From: Candidatus Hadarchaeum yellowstonense
GTDB taxonomy: Archaea > Hadarchaeota > Hadarchaeia > Hadarchaeales > Hadarchaeaceae
Direction of reading: 5' to 3'
Length of the DNA: 64,000 nucleotides
Assembly: GCA_001515205.2 (NCBI GenBank)
Contig: LQMQ01000007.1
Location: forward strand, 6,028 to 70,027
Shown: in pieces, positions 8,941-18,294 of the stretch
How positions within the stretch are numbered: position 1 is the first letter of the stretch
How the letters are laid out: the number at the start of each line of letters is the position of its first letter
Made by a program: the position numbers and the translations under genes
Notes under the pieces: generated by a model
What the model saw: the letters and a program-made list of their open reading frames with translations, nothing else
Database searches by the model: none
Told to the model about the DNA's origin: nothing

Positions 8941-10287
8941 ATGGTCGAACTGTTAATTAAAAACGGTCTTATTGTAACGATGGACAAGGACCGGAGGATC
9001 ATCGCTGACGGCTCTGTAGCCATCGATGAAGGCCGCATCATATCGGTGAAAAGAGGCTCAACTGGTAAGGGCAAGCCCGAGGAGGTAATTGACGCCAAGG
9101 GAAAGATTGTCATGCCGGGTCTCATCTGCTCGCACACCCACCTTTACGGCATGTTGCTTCGAGCTGCCCCGCTCAAAATAGAGCCACCAACTGACTTTTC
9201 CCAGATCCTCCAGCGCGTCTGGTGGCCCATGGACGAGGCGATGACCAAGGAAGACGCTTACGCCAGCGCCCTGATGGCCTGTCTTGAGTTCATAAAAACA
9301 GGGACTACGCTGTTTGCCGACACCTTCTCGGGTCCCAACGCCGTCTCGGGAGTTCTCGACAGAATTTCTGCCGCGGTGGAGCAGTCCGGGATGAGGGGGA
9401 TAATTTCCTTTGAAGCCACCGAGAGACACACTCACGCCGAGGGCTCAAAGGGAACCAAGGAAAACGAGCGTTTCATTCTGAAAACTAAAAAGGAAAGGAC
9501 GACCCGGGTTCACGGAATGTTCAGCATCCACGCCTCTTTTACCGTGTCCGACGAGCTGCTGAGATACACCAAGGATCTGGCCAGTCGCTACAAGGTTCCG
9601 CTGACCATCCATACCGCGGAGGGGCTGTGCGACCTTTATCATAACTATGAGCGCTACGGCAAGAGGACCATCGAAAGGCTCAGAGATGCCGAAGTTCTCG
9701 GTCCCGATGTAGTCCTGGCCCACTGTGTCCACGTCAACGACGACGAGCTGGCCATAATTAAGAAGACGGGAGCCAAGGTGGCACACAATCCCATGAGCAA
9801 CATGCTGAACGCAGTTGGAGTGGCACCCGTGGTGAAGATGTTGTCTCTGGGGATCCCGGTGGGGCTGGGAAACGATGGCTATATTTTCGATGGCTTTGAA
9901 AACATTCGCGCGGCTTTCCTTTTGCACAAGGTTGCGCTCCAAGATCCACGGGCAATATCGGCTATGGAGGCTCTGGAGATGGCGACCATTCGCGGTGCGG
10001 AACTCTACGGCCTTGAGAATGAGCTCGGCTCCATAGAAGTCGGAAAACTGGCGGACATCATTATCGTGAACCCAAAAAGAGCACCAACGCCCATAGGACC
10101 TGAGAGCGTGGTCGGTCACTTGATTAACACCGTCAGCGGGGGCGATGTCGAAACGGTCATCGTGGGAGGAAACATACTTATGCGGGACCGAAAGATGTTA
10201 TCGCTGGAGGAGGAAGAGGTAATCAAAATATCGAGAAGATCAGCCGAAAGGATCTGGCAGAAGCTGGGAGCAATAAAAAAGAGGTGA
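8941..10287 (+). CDS. Metal-dependent amidohydrolase, SsnA / MTA-SAH deaminase family
   Basis: MPGLICSHTHLY, HASFT, IHTAEG, LAHCVH, HNPMSN, GLGNDG, GSIEVGKLAD. Confidence 0.9.
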   Translation: MVELLIKNGLIVTMDKDRRIIADGSVAIDEGRIISVKRGSTGKGKPEEVIDAKGKIVMPGLICSHTHLYGMLLRAAPLKIEPPTDFSQILQRVWWPMDEAMTKEDAYASALMACLEFIKTGTTLFADTFSGPNAVSGVLDRISAAVEQSGMRGIISFEATERHTHAEGSKGTKENERFILKTKKERTTRVHGMFSIHASFTVSDELLRYTKDLASRYKVPLTIHTAEGLCDLYHNYERYGKRTIERLRDAEVLGPDVVLAHCVHVNDDELAIIKKTGAKVAHNPMSNMLNAVGVAPVVKMLSLGIPVGLGNDGYIFDGFENIRAAFLLHKVALQDPRAISAMEALEMATIRGAELYGLENELGSIEVGKLADIIIVNPKRAPTPIGPESVVGHLINTVSGGDVETVIVGGNILMRDRKMLSLEEEEVIKISRRSAERIWQKLGAIKKR

Positions 10288-10288
10288 A

Positions 10289-11380
10289 ATGATGGTGGAT
10301 CTCTCCGTTGAAATCTGCGGGCTGAAGTTCAAAAACCCGATATTGCCCGCCGCAGGCCCAACTGTGCGCGATGCCAACAGCATGCTCATGGCGGCGGAAG
10401 GTGGGGCCGGGGGACTGGTCGCCAAAACCATCAGCGTCACCCCGGCTCAGGTGCCCAGGCCCTGCATCGTGAAGATCAAAGACAGCATATTAAACGCCGA
10501 GCTTTGGTCCGACCTGCCGGTGGAACAATGGTTGAAGGTTGAGTACAAGAAGGCCAAGCAAGCAGGGGTCCCGCTGATCGCGAGCATAGGCTATAAAGCC
10601 GATGAAATCAGGGAACTTGCGCCCAAGGTGGCCGCGGCCGGCGTTGACGCACTGGAGCTTTCCACTCACTACCTGGGCAACGACCCGATGCCGGTTGTGG
10701 AGGCCACCAAGGCCGCCAAAGAAGTTGTTGACATACCAGTCTTCGTCAAGCTCAGCCCTAATGTTCTGGACATTGCCCAATTCGCTCGGGAGGCGGAAAA
10801 GGCGGGGGCTGATGGCATAGTCGCGATTAACACCTTGGGCCCGTGCCTTGCCATAGAAATAGAGAACGCCATGCCGATGCTGGGGAGCGCCTACGGCTAC
10901 GGCTGGCTTTCCGGACAGGCGATAAAACCTCTAGCGGTAAGGTGCGTGGCCGACATCGCCCGTGCGGTCAAGATACCTGTGATCGGCGTGGGGGGCATCA
11001 CCACTGGAAGGGATGCCATTGAGTTCATCATGGCCGGAGCCTCCGCAGTTCAGCTCTCGACCGCGGCGATCATCCGCGGGCACAAGATATATGGCATAAT
11101 AGCCGACGAGATGGCCAAGTTCATGAAGGCAAAGGGCTACAACACGATAAATGATTTTAAAGGAATTGCCCTGCGACACCTTCCCGAGCAGCCGCTGCGC
11201 GTGACGCCGAAACCGGTTGAGGTTCTCGTCTCCAAATGTACCGCCTGTGGGCTCTGCGAGAGGCACTGCCCCTACAACGCCATAAAGATCGTCGGCAGGG
11301 CGGCGAAGGTCGACGCCTCCAGATGCTATCAGTGTGGCCTCTGCGTGTCCGTTTGTCCCACCCGGGCCATCAGATACTAG
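10289..11380 (+). CDS. Dihydroorotate/dihydropyrimidine dehydrogenase (PreA)-like FMN protein with C-terminal 2x[4Fe-4S] ferredoxin domain
   Basis: KNPILPAAGP, AKTIS, NAELWS, VKLSPN, AINT, IGVGGI, GASAVQ. CxxCxxCxxxCP occurs twice at the C-terminus. Confidence 0.85.
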   Translation: MMVDLSVEICGLKFKNPILPAAGPTVRDANSMLMAAEGGAGGLVAKTISVTPAQVPRPCIVKIKDSILNAELWSDLPVEQWLKVEYKKAKQAGVPLIASIGYKADEIRELAPKVAAAGVDALELSTHYLGNDPMPVVEATKAAKEVVDIPVFVKLSPNVLDIAQFAREAEKAGADGIVAINTLGPCLAIEIENAMPMLGSAYGYGWLSGQAIKPLAVRCVADIARAVKIPVIGVGGITTGRDAIEFIMAGASAVQLSTAAIIRGHKIYGIIADEMAKFMKAKGYNTINDFKGIALRHLPEQPLRVTPKPVEVLVSKCTACGLCERHCPYNAIKIVGRAAKVDASRCYQCGLCVSVCPTRAIRY

Positions 11381-11404
11381 GACCACCGCCCGAGGTGGTG
11401 GAAT

Positions 11405-11935
11405 ATGGAAGAAGCCATTCTCTGGACGCTGTTGATCTTCCTAGCTCGACTAACCGACGTCTCGATGGGAACACTGCGCACCATTCTCATCATTAGGGGC
11501 AGAAGAGGGATAGCGGCCTTTTCAGCCTTCTTCGAAATAATGGTCTGGGTGCTGGCAGTGAGTCGGGTGATAACTCAGCTTGACCGCTGGTACTACATCG
11601 TTGCCTTTGCCCTCGGCTTTGCCTCTGGAAATTATCTCGGCAGCTACCTTGAGGAAAAAATCGCCATGGGCTACTGTTTTGCCTATGTCGTCCCTAGTGA
11701 AAAACAAACAAACTTGGCAGAGATCCTCAGAAAACACGGCTTCGGGGTGACTGTGGTAAAGGGGGAGGGGTTAAAGGGCACCGAATACGTTTACAACATT
11801 GTGCTGAGGAGAAGGGATACCCATCGATTCTTGAAAACCCTCGAAGCCAACGACAAAAAGGCCTTTTACACCATCATGGATGTCCATGCCCTGCATGGCG
11901 GCTACATGCGAAGCGCCACCAAAAGAAAAATCTAG
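11405..11935 (+). CDS. DUF5698/DUF2179 (UPF0316) membrane protein
   Basis: IFLARLTDVSMGTLR, GFASGNYLG, GFGVTVVKGEG. Confidence 0.8.
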   Translation: MEEAILWTLLIFLARLTDVSMGTLRTILIIRGRRGIAAFSAFFEIMVWVLAVSRVITQLDRWYYIVAFALGFASGNYLGSYLEEKIAMGYCFAYVVPSEKQTNLAEILRKHGFGVTVVKGEGLKGTEYVYNIVLRRRDTHRFLKTLEANDKKAFYTIMDVHALHGGYMRSATKRKI

Positions 11936-11985
11936 CGCCTGGAAAAATGATTAAATAAACCGCCAAAGGAAGTTGATGTGAACCT

Positions 11986-12783
11986 ATGCACGAGAAGATC
12001 TATAAAAAAATTAATGAACTTTTGGAGCGGGGCGAGACCTTTGCTGTGGTGACCATAGTTAGAACTGAAGGCTCCACCCCGAGGAAGGCTGGGGCAAAGA
12101 TGATTGTCTTGCCCGATGGCAGCACTTTTGGAACAATTGGCGGCGACTGTGTGGAAGCTGGTGCGGTGGCTGAGGCTCTCGAGGCCATGAAGGAGGGCAA
12201 ATCAAAAACTTTCACCGTCGCCCTCAAGGAAGAGGAGCTGGGAGGTATCGGGATGAAGTGCGGCGGAATGGCTGAGGTCTACATCGAGATAATCACACCA
12301 ACTCCCAAGCTGTTAATCATCGGTGGCGGAAACATCGGATCCCAGCTGGCAAAGCTCGGCCACGATGTCGGCTTCTCGGTGACGGTTATCGACCCGGCCG
12401 TGAAGAGGGAGGACTTTCCCGAATTCGTCGAGGTCATTCCGGAACCCGTGGAGAAGGGGGTGGCTAGAGTAGCAATCACCCCGCAAACTTACATCGTTAT
12501 CGCAACGGGGCACAAATATGATGAGGACGCGCTCAGAGCCGTGATAAATTCCAACGCGGCTTACATCGGAATGGTGGGTAGCAGAAGAAAAGCAGCGGTG
12601 ACTCTCAAGAAATTAATTGACGAGGGCATTCCTGAAGAAAAAGTTAAGATGGTGCACACACCGGTGGGGCTGGACATTGGCGCCGAAACCCCTGAGGAAA
12701 TCGCCATCAGCATCATGGCGGAAATAATAAAAGAGCGGCGCAAACCCGGCGCCACCGGAGGCAGTCTCAAAATTTCCTTTTAA
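11986..12783 (+). CDS. xdhC: XdhC/CoxI family molybdenum-hydroxylase maturation factor
   Basis: GSTPRKAGAKM, GTIGGDCVE, MKCGG, YIGMVGSRRK, PVGLDIGAETPEEIAISI. Confidence 0.92.
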   Translation: MHEKIYKKINELLERGETFAVVTIVRTEGSTPRKAGAKMIVLPDGSTFGTIGGDCVEAGAVAEALEAMKEGKSKTFTVALKEEELGGIGMKCGGMAEVYIEIITPTPKLLIIGGGNIGSQLAKLGHDVGFSVTVIDPAVKREDFPEFVEVIPEPVEKGVARVAITPQTYIVIATGHKYDEDALRAVINSNAAYIGMVGSRRKAAVTLKKLIDEGIPEEKVKMVHTPVGLDIGAETPEEIAISIMAEIIKERRKPGATGGSLKISF

Positions 12784-13339
12784 ATGCTTCTAAACTCTCC
12801 GGGGTATCGATATCGGTGATGGCCCATTCCCCCGCCTCAATTGTTTCGAGCTCTCCCTTATGCCGATGGATGACGTCACGCAAAAACTGGTCTTTACCCA
12901 GCGCCAGAATTTCCTCAAACAAACTTTTATCGAAAAGAACAGGGTGTCCCTTCTTGCCCCTGAAAATGGGGCAAACTATCTTCGCGCCATTTTTCCAAGC
13001 TGCTATTGCCTTTTTCAGAAAACTGACCTCGATCAGAGGTTGATCACCCAAGGCAACGAAAACAGCGTCGCAATCCTTCACGCTTTTCAAACCCTCCTTA
13101 ACGGAGGTGACCATGCCGTCGAGATAGTTAACGTTAACAGTCCATTTCACGCCCAGTCGCTCCAGGAGTGGCAGGATCTCCTCGGGCCTGTGTCCGAGCA
13201 CCACCACGATTTCATCAACAACCTCCCTGAGGGAGCTTATCACCCATTCCAACATTGGCTTTCCCTTTATCTCAAGAAGCAGCTTCTGAGTCCCCATCCG
13301 CTTGGACTCTCCAGCGCCTAAGATCACGGCACCGATCAC
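12767..13339 (-). CDS. Molybdenum cofactor cytidylyltransferase (MocA/YgfJ-like nucleotidyltransferase)
   Basis: ILGAGESKRMG.QKLLL, LGDQP, GHPVLF, DIDTPE; adjacent to xdhC. Confidence 0.85.
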   Translation of the reverse strand: MIGAVILGAGESKRMGTQKLLLEIKGKPMLEWVISSLREVVDEIVVVLGHRPEEILPLLERLGVKWTVNVNYLDGMVTSVKEGLKSVKDCDAVFVALGDQPLIEVSFLKKAIAAWKNGAKIVCPIFRGKKGHPVLFDKSLFEEILALGKDQFLRDVIHRHKGELETIEAGEWAITDIDTPESLEAFKRKF

Positions 13340-13433
13340 GATACCACTGTTGCGGCTGAACTTAAAACCCTGCAGTTCTCCGGACCTTAAATTTTATTAA
13401 AAATGATGAATGAATTGCTCATGAGAATCTAAA

Positions 13434-13850
13434 ATGATTGATATAAAGAAAACACACCTGACAAAAAAACAGTACGAAATCCTGAAAATGAGAATAGCGG
13501 GCAAGAGCCTCAGCGAGATAGCTAGAGAGCTGCACACGAGCAGGGCCAACGTCAGCTCCATCGCCAGGACCGCGGAGGAGAACATCAGAAAATCAAGAAA
13601 CACTTTGAAGTTGGTGGAAATGATCGACTGGCCGATAAAGATAGATGTTAAGGCTGGGGCCAACATCTATGAAATTTCAGAAAAAGTCTTTCAAGAAGCC
13701 GACCAGAGAAGAATCAAAATATCTCACAATTATTCAGATGTTGTGAGGATGATAACCAAGGCCCTCGGGACTCCGGGTCTCAGGCGCCGGAGGGCCCTCA
13801 AAGATTTCAGCATCGTGGTCAGCCGAGAGGGAAAAGTTGAGATCTTCTAG
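13434..13850 (+). CDS. tfx: Tfx family HTH DNA-binding protein (paralog 1)
   Basis: THLTKKQYEILKMR...SLSEIARELHTSRANVSSIARTAEENIRKSRNT. Confidence 0.85.
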   Translation: MIDIKKTHLTKKQYEILKMRIAGKSLSEIARELHTSRANVSSIARTAEENIRKSRNTLKLVEMIDWPIKIDVKAGANIYEISEKVFQEADQRRIKISHNYSDVVRMITKALGTPGLRRRRALKDFSIVVSREGKVEIF

Positions 13851-13926
13851 ATTGGTCCCTCATCCCACAACTGAAAACATCGAAACTCAAGGAAAACTGA
13901 GGCCATTATCTGATCTAAAAATGTTC

Positions 13927-14418
13927 TCAGCGTCTCCGACTGCCACTGTATCGGCCGCGGCTCTGATATCCGCCACCAAATCTTGGTCTGAAGGGTCTGC
14001 GCTCCTGTTGGTATTCCGTGGCGCTGAGGTCAACTTCCGTGTTAACGTTTTTTATCTCCTGATCTGACTTTGTCATCTTGCCATATTTCCCGATGTTAAG
14101 GCGCATGTGCCCCTGAACCAGAGAAACATAGCCGTTTTCTATCGACAGGACGTCTCCCTCGCTCACCGACCCAATCTGTTCCTGCCAGAGCGAGAGCAAA
14201 ACTGTGCCCGTCTCATCACCCACGCAGGCCTCGGCCACCTTCTTGGGCTCGCCACCGAACCTGCTGGGTATTTCCTTGGGTTCTCCGACGCTCATCACCT
14301 TGACCAGAAGGTTTACTCTTCTGGATTGTGGCGTGAGATCCTTTACCTTCACCGTCTGTGCCGGTGCTCTTTCAACCATTGGATCCATGTAGATTCCTTT
14401 TTTCTCTACAGCCTCCAA
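13927..14418 (-). CDS. ssb: Single-OB-fold single-stranded DNA-binding protein with R/G-rich tail
   Basis: KVKDL, VAEACVGDETG.VLLSLW, IENGYV, LNIGKYG; C-tail RRPFRPRFGGGYQSRGR. The start could be one of several Met codons. Confidence 0.88.
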   Translation of the reverse strand: MEAVEKKGIYMDPMVERAPAQTVKVKDLTPQSRRVNLLVKVMSVGEPKEIPSRFGGEPKKVAEACVGDETGTVLLSLWQEQIGSVSEGDVLSIENGYVSLVQGHMRLNIGKYGKMTKSDQEIKNVNTEVDLSATEYQQERRPFRPRFGGGYQSRGRYSGSRRR

Positions 14419-14492
14419 GTATAAATACCAAGGTGGTGGGGGTAAAAGTCAATTTAGCCCAGCAACTTTTTTCTCCCTGTTTTCAAAATCAG

Positions 14493-14502
14493 TTTTTTAT
14501 AC
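14493..14502 (+). promoter_or_regulatory. Putative archaeal TATA box of the topoisomerase IB gene
   Basis: TTTTTTATAC about 30 nt upstream of the ATG at 14533, in the ssb/top1 divergent spacer. Confidence 0.4.
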
Positions 14503-14532
14503 CTTCAAAGAAGTTTAAGATAAGTTGATAAC

Positions 14533-16125
14533 ATGGCGCCGCAGTTCAGAATAGAAAGGCTAAGGCACAACGGGGTGCTTATCCCAGTCTACGAACCGAA
14601 GGGTTTTTCCATCAAGTTAAGGGGAAAGACCATAAAACTGACCCCGGAACAGGAAGAGATGGCCGTTGCTTGGGTAAAAAAACTGGGAACCGACTACGTG
14701 AAGGACCCGGTGTTCGCCAAAAACTTCGGCGCCGACTTCTCGAAAGCCCTGGGGCTCGAGACTCCGGTCGACATCTGGGAGTTTGACTTCTCTGAAATAA
14801 TCCAGTGGGTGGAGAGTGAAAAAGCAAAAAAGGAACAGATGAGCCGCGAGGAGAAAAAAAGGCTGGCTGAGGCGAGGAAAAAAGCCCGAGAGGAAAATAA
14901 GCAAAAGTATGGATATGCTGAAGTTAATGGCAAGTTGGTGGAAATTGCCAACTACACCGTGGAACCTCCTTGCATCTTCATGGGGCGCGGCGAACATCCC
15001 CTCCGCGGAAGATGGAAACCAAGGGTGAACTATGAGGATATTATCCTTAACCTCTCAGAAGACGCCCCCACCCCTCCCACCCCCAACGGGCGGAGCTGGG
15101 GTGGCCGGGTCTTTGAACCGGAATCCCTGTGGATAGCCAAATGGAGGGATAAACTGACCGGTGAACTGAAGTACGTCTGGGTAGCCGACAGTGCTTTCTT
15201 CAAGCAAGAGCGCGAGAAGGACAAATTCGACAAGGCAAACGAGCTGGAAAAAATAATCGACAGGGTCCGAAAACACATAAGCGAAAATCTGGAATCAAAA
15301 GACATCATGCGCCGGAAGATAGCCACCGTCGCCTATCTTATCGACACACTGAAGATGAGGGTTGGCGACGAAAAGGATGAAGACGAGGCAGACACCGTTG
15401 GCGCCACGACTCTCCGCGGTTGTCATGTTCAATTTGAGGATTCAGATACCGTGAAATTTGACTTTTTGGGAAAAGATGCGGTGAGGTGGACAAAGAGCAT
15501 AAAGCCACCACCCGTCGTCATCAGAAACCTGAAATCTTTCATCAGCGGTCCTGACAAGCCGATTTTCGACGGCATCCGCTCGGAAATGGTCAACGATTTC
15601 CTCGGCGAGGTCGCCCCCTGGCTAACCGCCAAGGTCTTTCGCACCTATCACGCGACCAAGGTGGTCCGGGAGTACTTGGCCAAAACCAAGGTGAACCCCG
15701 AGGACCCCGAGTTCAAAAAGAAGTATGTTGCCACCATGGCCAACCTTGAAGCGGCGATTACTTGCAATCATAAAAGGAAGCTGCCGAAAAACTGGGAAGC
15801 TTCCCTAGAAAAAAAGAAGGAGCGGGTAAAGGCCCTCGAAGCGAAACTGGAAGAGGTCAAGAAAAAGCCAAAATCAGCCAGACGCGCGCAACAGATCAAG
15901 AGGCTGAAGGAAAAGATAAAGGAAGCCAAGCTGAAGGTGGAGCTAGCCACCGCAACAAGGGACTACAACCTGGGAACTTCACTCAAGAGTTACATAGATC
16001 CCCGGGCCTTTATCAACTGGGCCAAAAAAGTTTCATATGACTGGAGAAAATACTACCCCAAGACACTGCAGCGGAAATATGCTTGGGCCGACGCTGAGGA
16101 GAAACCTGCAGAGAAAGCTGATTGA
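14533..16125 (+). CDS. top1: DNA topoisomerase IB (eukaryote-like)
   Basis: LRHNGV, VEPPCIFMGRGEHP. Catalytic pentad motifs MRVGDEK, FLGKD, KVFRTY, CNH, SLKSYIDPR. Confidence 0.95.
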   Translation: MAPQFRIERLRHNGVLIPVYEPKGFSIKLRGKTIKLTPEQEEMAVAWVKKLGTDYVKDPVFAKNFGADFSKALGLETPVDIWEFDFSEIIQWVESEKAKKEQMSREEKKRLAEARKKAREENKQKYGYAEVNGKLVEIANYTVEPPCIFMGRGEHPLRGRWKPRVNYEDIILNLSEDAPTPPTPNGRSWGGRVFEPESLWIAKWRDKLTGELKYVWVADSAFFKQEREKDKFDKANELEKIIDRVRKHISENLESKDIMRRKIATVAYLIDTLKMRVGDEKDEDEADTVGATTLRGCHVQFEDSDTVKFDFLGKDAVRWTKSIKPPPVVIRNLKSFISGPDKPIFDGIRSEMVNDFLGEVAPWLTAKVFRTYHATKVVREYLAKTKVNPEDPEFKKKYVATMANLEAAITCNHKRKLPKNWEASLEKKKERVKALEAKLEEVKKKPKSARRAQQIKRLKEKIKEAKLKVELATATRDYNLGTSLKSYIDPRAFINWAKKVSYDWRKYYPKTLQRKYAWADAEEKPAEKAD

Positions 16126-16142
16126 CGTCCCCAGCTACCAAG

Positions 16143-16667
16143 TTAACCTTTGAATTCCTCGTAGCCAACTATCTGCTCCAAGCTCTTCTTTCGGCGAACG
16201 AAATGAATCAATTTTGACATCAGGTCCAACTTTTTACGGGGATAGCCAACCGCCAAAAGCGCGACCACCTTGTAGTGCTCGGGAACCTTCAGGATTTCCT
16301 TCACCAGCCCTTCGTCAAAGCTGCCGACCCAGCAGGTCCCGAGGCCCTCCGCAGTGGCCGCTAGGACCATGTTTTGCATCGCGATGGAAACGTCAACAAC
16401 GTGCCACTTTGGCGATGCCCTGCTGTCACCACAGCCAACTATCACCACCGGAGCCTCCTTGAGAAAACCGGCGAATCTGCCGCTCCTAGCGATCTTCTCC
16501 TTTTTCTCGGCGTCGGTCACCACGACAAAGTACCAAGGTTGAACATTCTTTGCCGATGGCGCCAAGCGAGCGGCCTCTAAAATTTTTTCAATTTTATCCT
16601 TCGCGACGGGGATCGGCTCATAGGCCCGGACCGACCTCCTCAGTTTAATGGCTTCAAAAACATCCAT
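16143..16667 (-). CDS. Nitroreductase family flavoprotein
   Basis: MDVFEAIKLRRSVRAY, APSAKNVQPW, GLGTCWVG. Confidence 0.92.
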   Translation of the reverse strand: MDVFEAIKLRRSVRAYEPIPVAKDKIEKILEAARLAPSAKNVQPWYFVVVTDAEKKEKIARSGRFAGFLKEAPVVIVGCGDSRASPKWHVVDVSIAMQNMVLAATAEGLGTCWVGSFDEGLVKEILKVPEHYKVVALLAVGYPRKKLDLMSKLIHFVRRKKSLEQIVGYEEFKG

Positions 16668-16896
16668 CTTTACCCCCCCAATTCCGAATAATTTTTTAGT
16701 TTTATCTCTATTTTGGAGAACCGCGCTGGATATCCCTTCGATTAACGGGCGTTTCTCTCCGGAGGAATGACCCATTATTGAGAAATTCCGCACCTGATTG
16801 ACCCAATTTCCTAAAAACCATTGCTTGCCAGTAAAAACAAGGCGTGGGAAACAATTAATCCTTTTAGAGGCTCTGGACTAGATTAACTCTGATCAT

Positions 16897-17262
16897 ATGG
16901 AGTCCTTGGACTACCTAGCGATGGTCATCCTCGCCGCCATTTTCATCGGTCTGGGCTTCACCCTCTACTACAACTACCAGCGGGGCGCCGCGGAGAGGGA
17001 ATTCGAGGCCACGGCGCAGCTTTTGGCCGACCGAATCAAAGCCATGGCGCAGCAGGACGTGGGGACGACGGAATACCTGGAGATTTTCGTCCCAGCCAGC
17101 TGTGAGCTCAGCTTCTTTGACAACATGGTCTCAATAAGGATCGGCAGCAGCTCGAGAAATTTCCCGGTAGGAATCTCCGTCAGCGGTTCTGTTCCCAGCG
17201 GGCAAAAAGTGAAGCTTCTTCTTCAAAGATTAGATGGTGGAATACATGTCAGCACGACTTGA
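16897..17262 (+). CDS. Pilin-like small membrane-anchored protein
   Basis: N-terminus ESLDYL plus a hydrophobic helix, then a short beta-rich domain. Overlaps the next gene. Confidence 0.55.
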   Translation: MESLDYLAMVILAAIFIGLGFTLYYNYQRGAAEREFEATAQLLADRIKAMAQQDVGTTEYLEIFVPASCELSFFDNMVSIRIGSSSRNFPVGISVSGSVPSGQKVKLLLQRLDGGIHVSTT

Positions 17263-18292
17263 GGAAAAAGGCGCCCACAATCTACCCCTGATAATTCTCT
17301 TTGGCGCCATCTTGGCCATGCTCTTTGCCGTTTTATTCATTTTGATATACGATCAGCAGCTCAACGCCATGGTTGACGAACAAGCCAGATCTCTTGCGGA
17401 TGAACTGGCTAGCACTGCCTTTGCCTCGTTATCAGGGGGGTTGCACACGGTGGAGCTGCCAAAAGACCTGGCCGGCAGCACTTACACCATCGCTGTTCAA
17501 GAAAACAGCATTTTTGTGGTGAAAATTTTGACCGGCAGAAGATCGGGATCCTCTTATTCCGCGGTCGTTAACGCCACCGTGTCTGTAGAGAACGGCAACT
17601 TCCAACCCGGTGGTCAAGTCTTCTTCTTATTCAGCAACGAAGTGATCCTCGTCAGCGCCGTTCCCATCGAACCAAGGGCTGAAAAAGTTATTCAAGTCAT
17701 TTCAACCGAACCACCCCTGTTCTACCATTTCTCCAAGAAATTGCCCCGGGAAGCTGCTGCAATAGTCGCCGCATATTTTGACGCGGTGAAAAGGCATCCT
17801 GAAGAAAATGTGGTCGTTCTTTCTTATGCCCGGTGGGAAAACAACTCCATTCTAATAAAGATTAGAGAAGGCAACGGCATTTCAATAACCCGTGTTGTTG
17901 GTAAGGAAAACCAGACCAAGATTGGAGCGGTCGAAAACTCTTGGGTTATCGAAATTCTGGAGAACTATGAAGCGACAGATAACCTCAGCTGGGAAACCTG
18001 TCCTTCCCCCGACAACGCTTATTTAACGGGCTGGCTGCACTCACCGCAAGCGGTGCTTAAACACCTCCGATCAAGGACCTGGATCCGCGTGAGCGATAAT
18101 GCAGTAGTGGCTGTGCCTGAGGATGCTGTCATCAAGGCAGCTGCGGTGACAACCAAGGTAGCAACTTACCCTGTTTGGAAAGTTCAATTCGGTGACTATA
18201 CTATATTTTACCAAATGTTGCCCTGGTGGGAAAAGGAGAACACAGCGGGTTTTGTTTTTCAATCCTCGCCGGAGCTTAAGCCGCTCACCTGA
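17246..18292 (+). CDS. Putative class III signal-peptide (minor pilin-like) protein
   Basis: MSARLEEKG/AHNLPLIILFGAILAMLFAVLFILIY; several N-x-S/T sequons. Confidence 0.55.
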   Translation: MSARLEEKGAHNLPLIILFGAILAMLFAVLFILIYDQQLNAMVDEQARSLADELASTAFASLSGGLHTVELPKDLAGSTYTIAVQENSIFVVKILTGRRSGSSYSAVVNATVSVENGNFQPGGQVFFLFSNEVILVSAVPIEPRAEKVIQVISTEPPLFYHFSKKLPREAAAIVAAYFDAVKRHPEENVVVLSYARWENNSILIKIREGNGISITRVVGKENQTKIGAVENSWVIEILENYEATDNLSWETCPSPDNAYLTGWLHSPQAVLKHLRSRTWIRVSDNAVVAVPEDAVIKAAAVTTKVATYPVWKVQFGDYTIFYQMLPWWEKENTAGFVFQSSPELKPLT

Positions 18293-18294
18293 TC

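Noticed and set aside
13402..13461. C/D box sRNA-like pattern (ATGATGA...ATGA...ATGATTGA...CTGA)
   Set aside because: It overlaps the tfx start in an AT-rich promoter region, the D' box is imperfect, the spacing is irregular and I recognize no rRNA complementarity.
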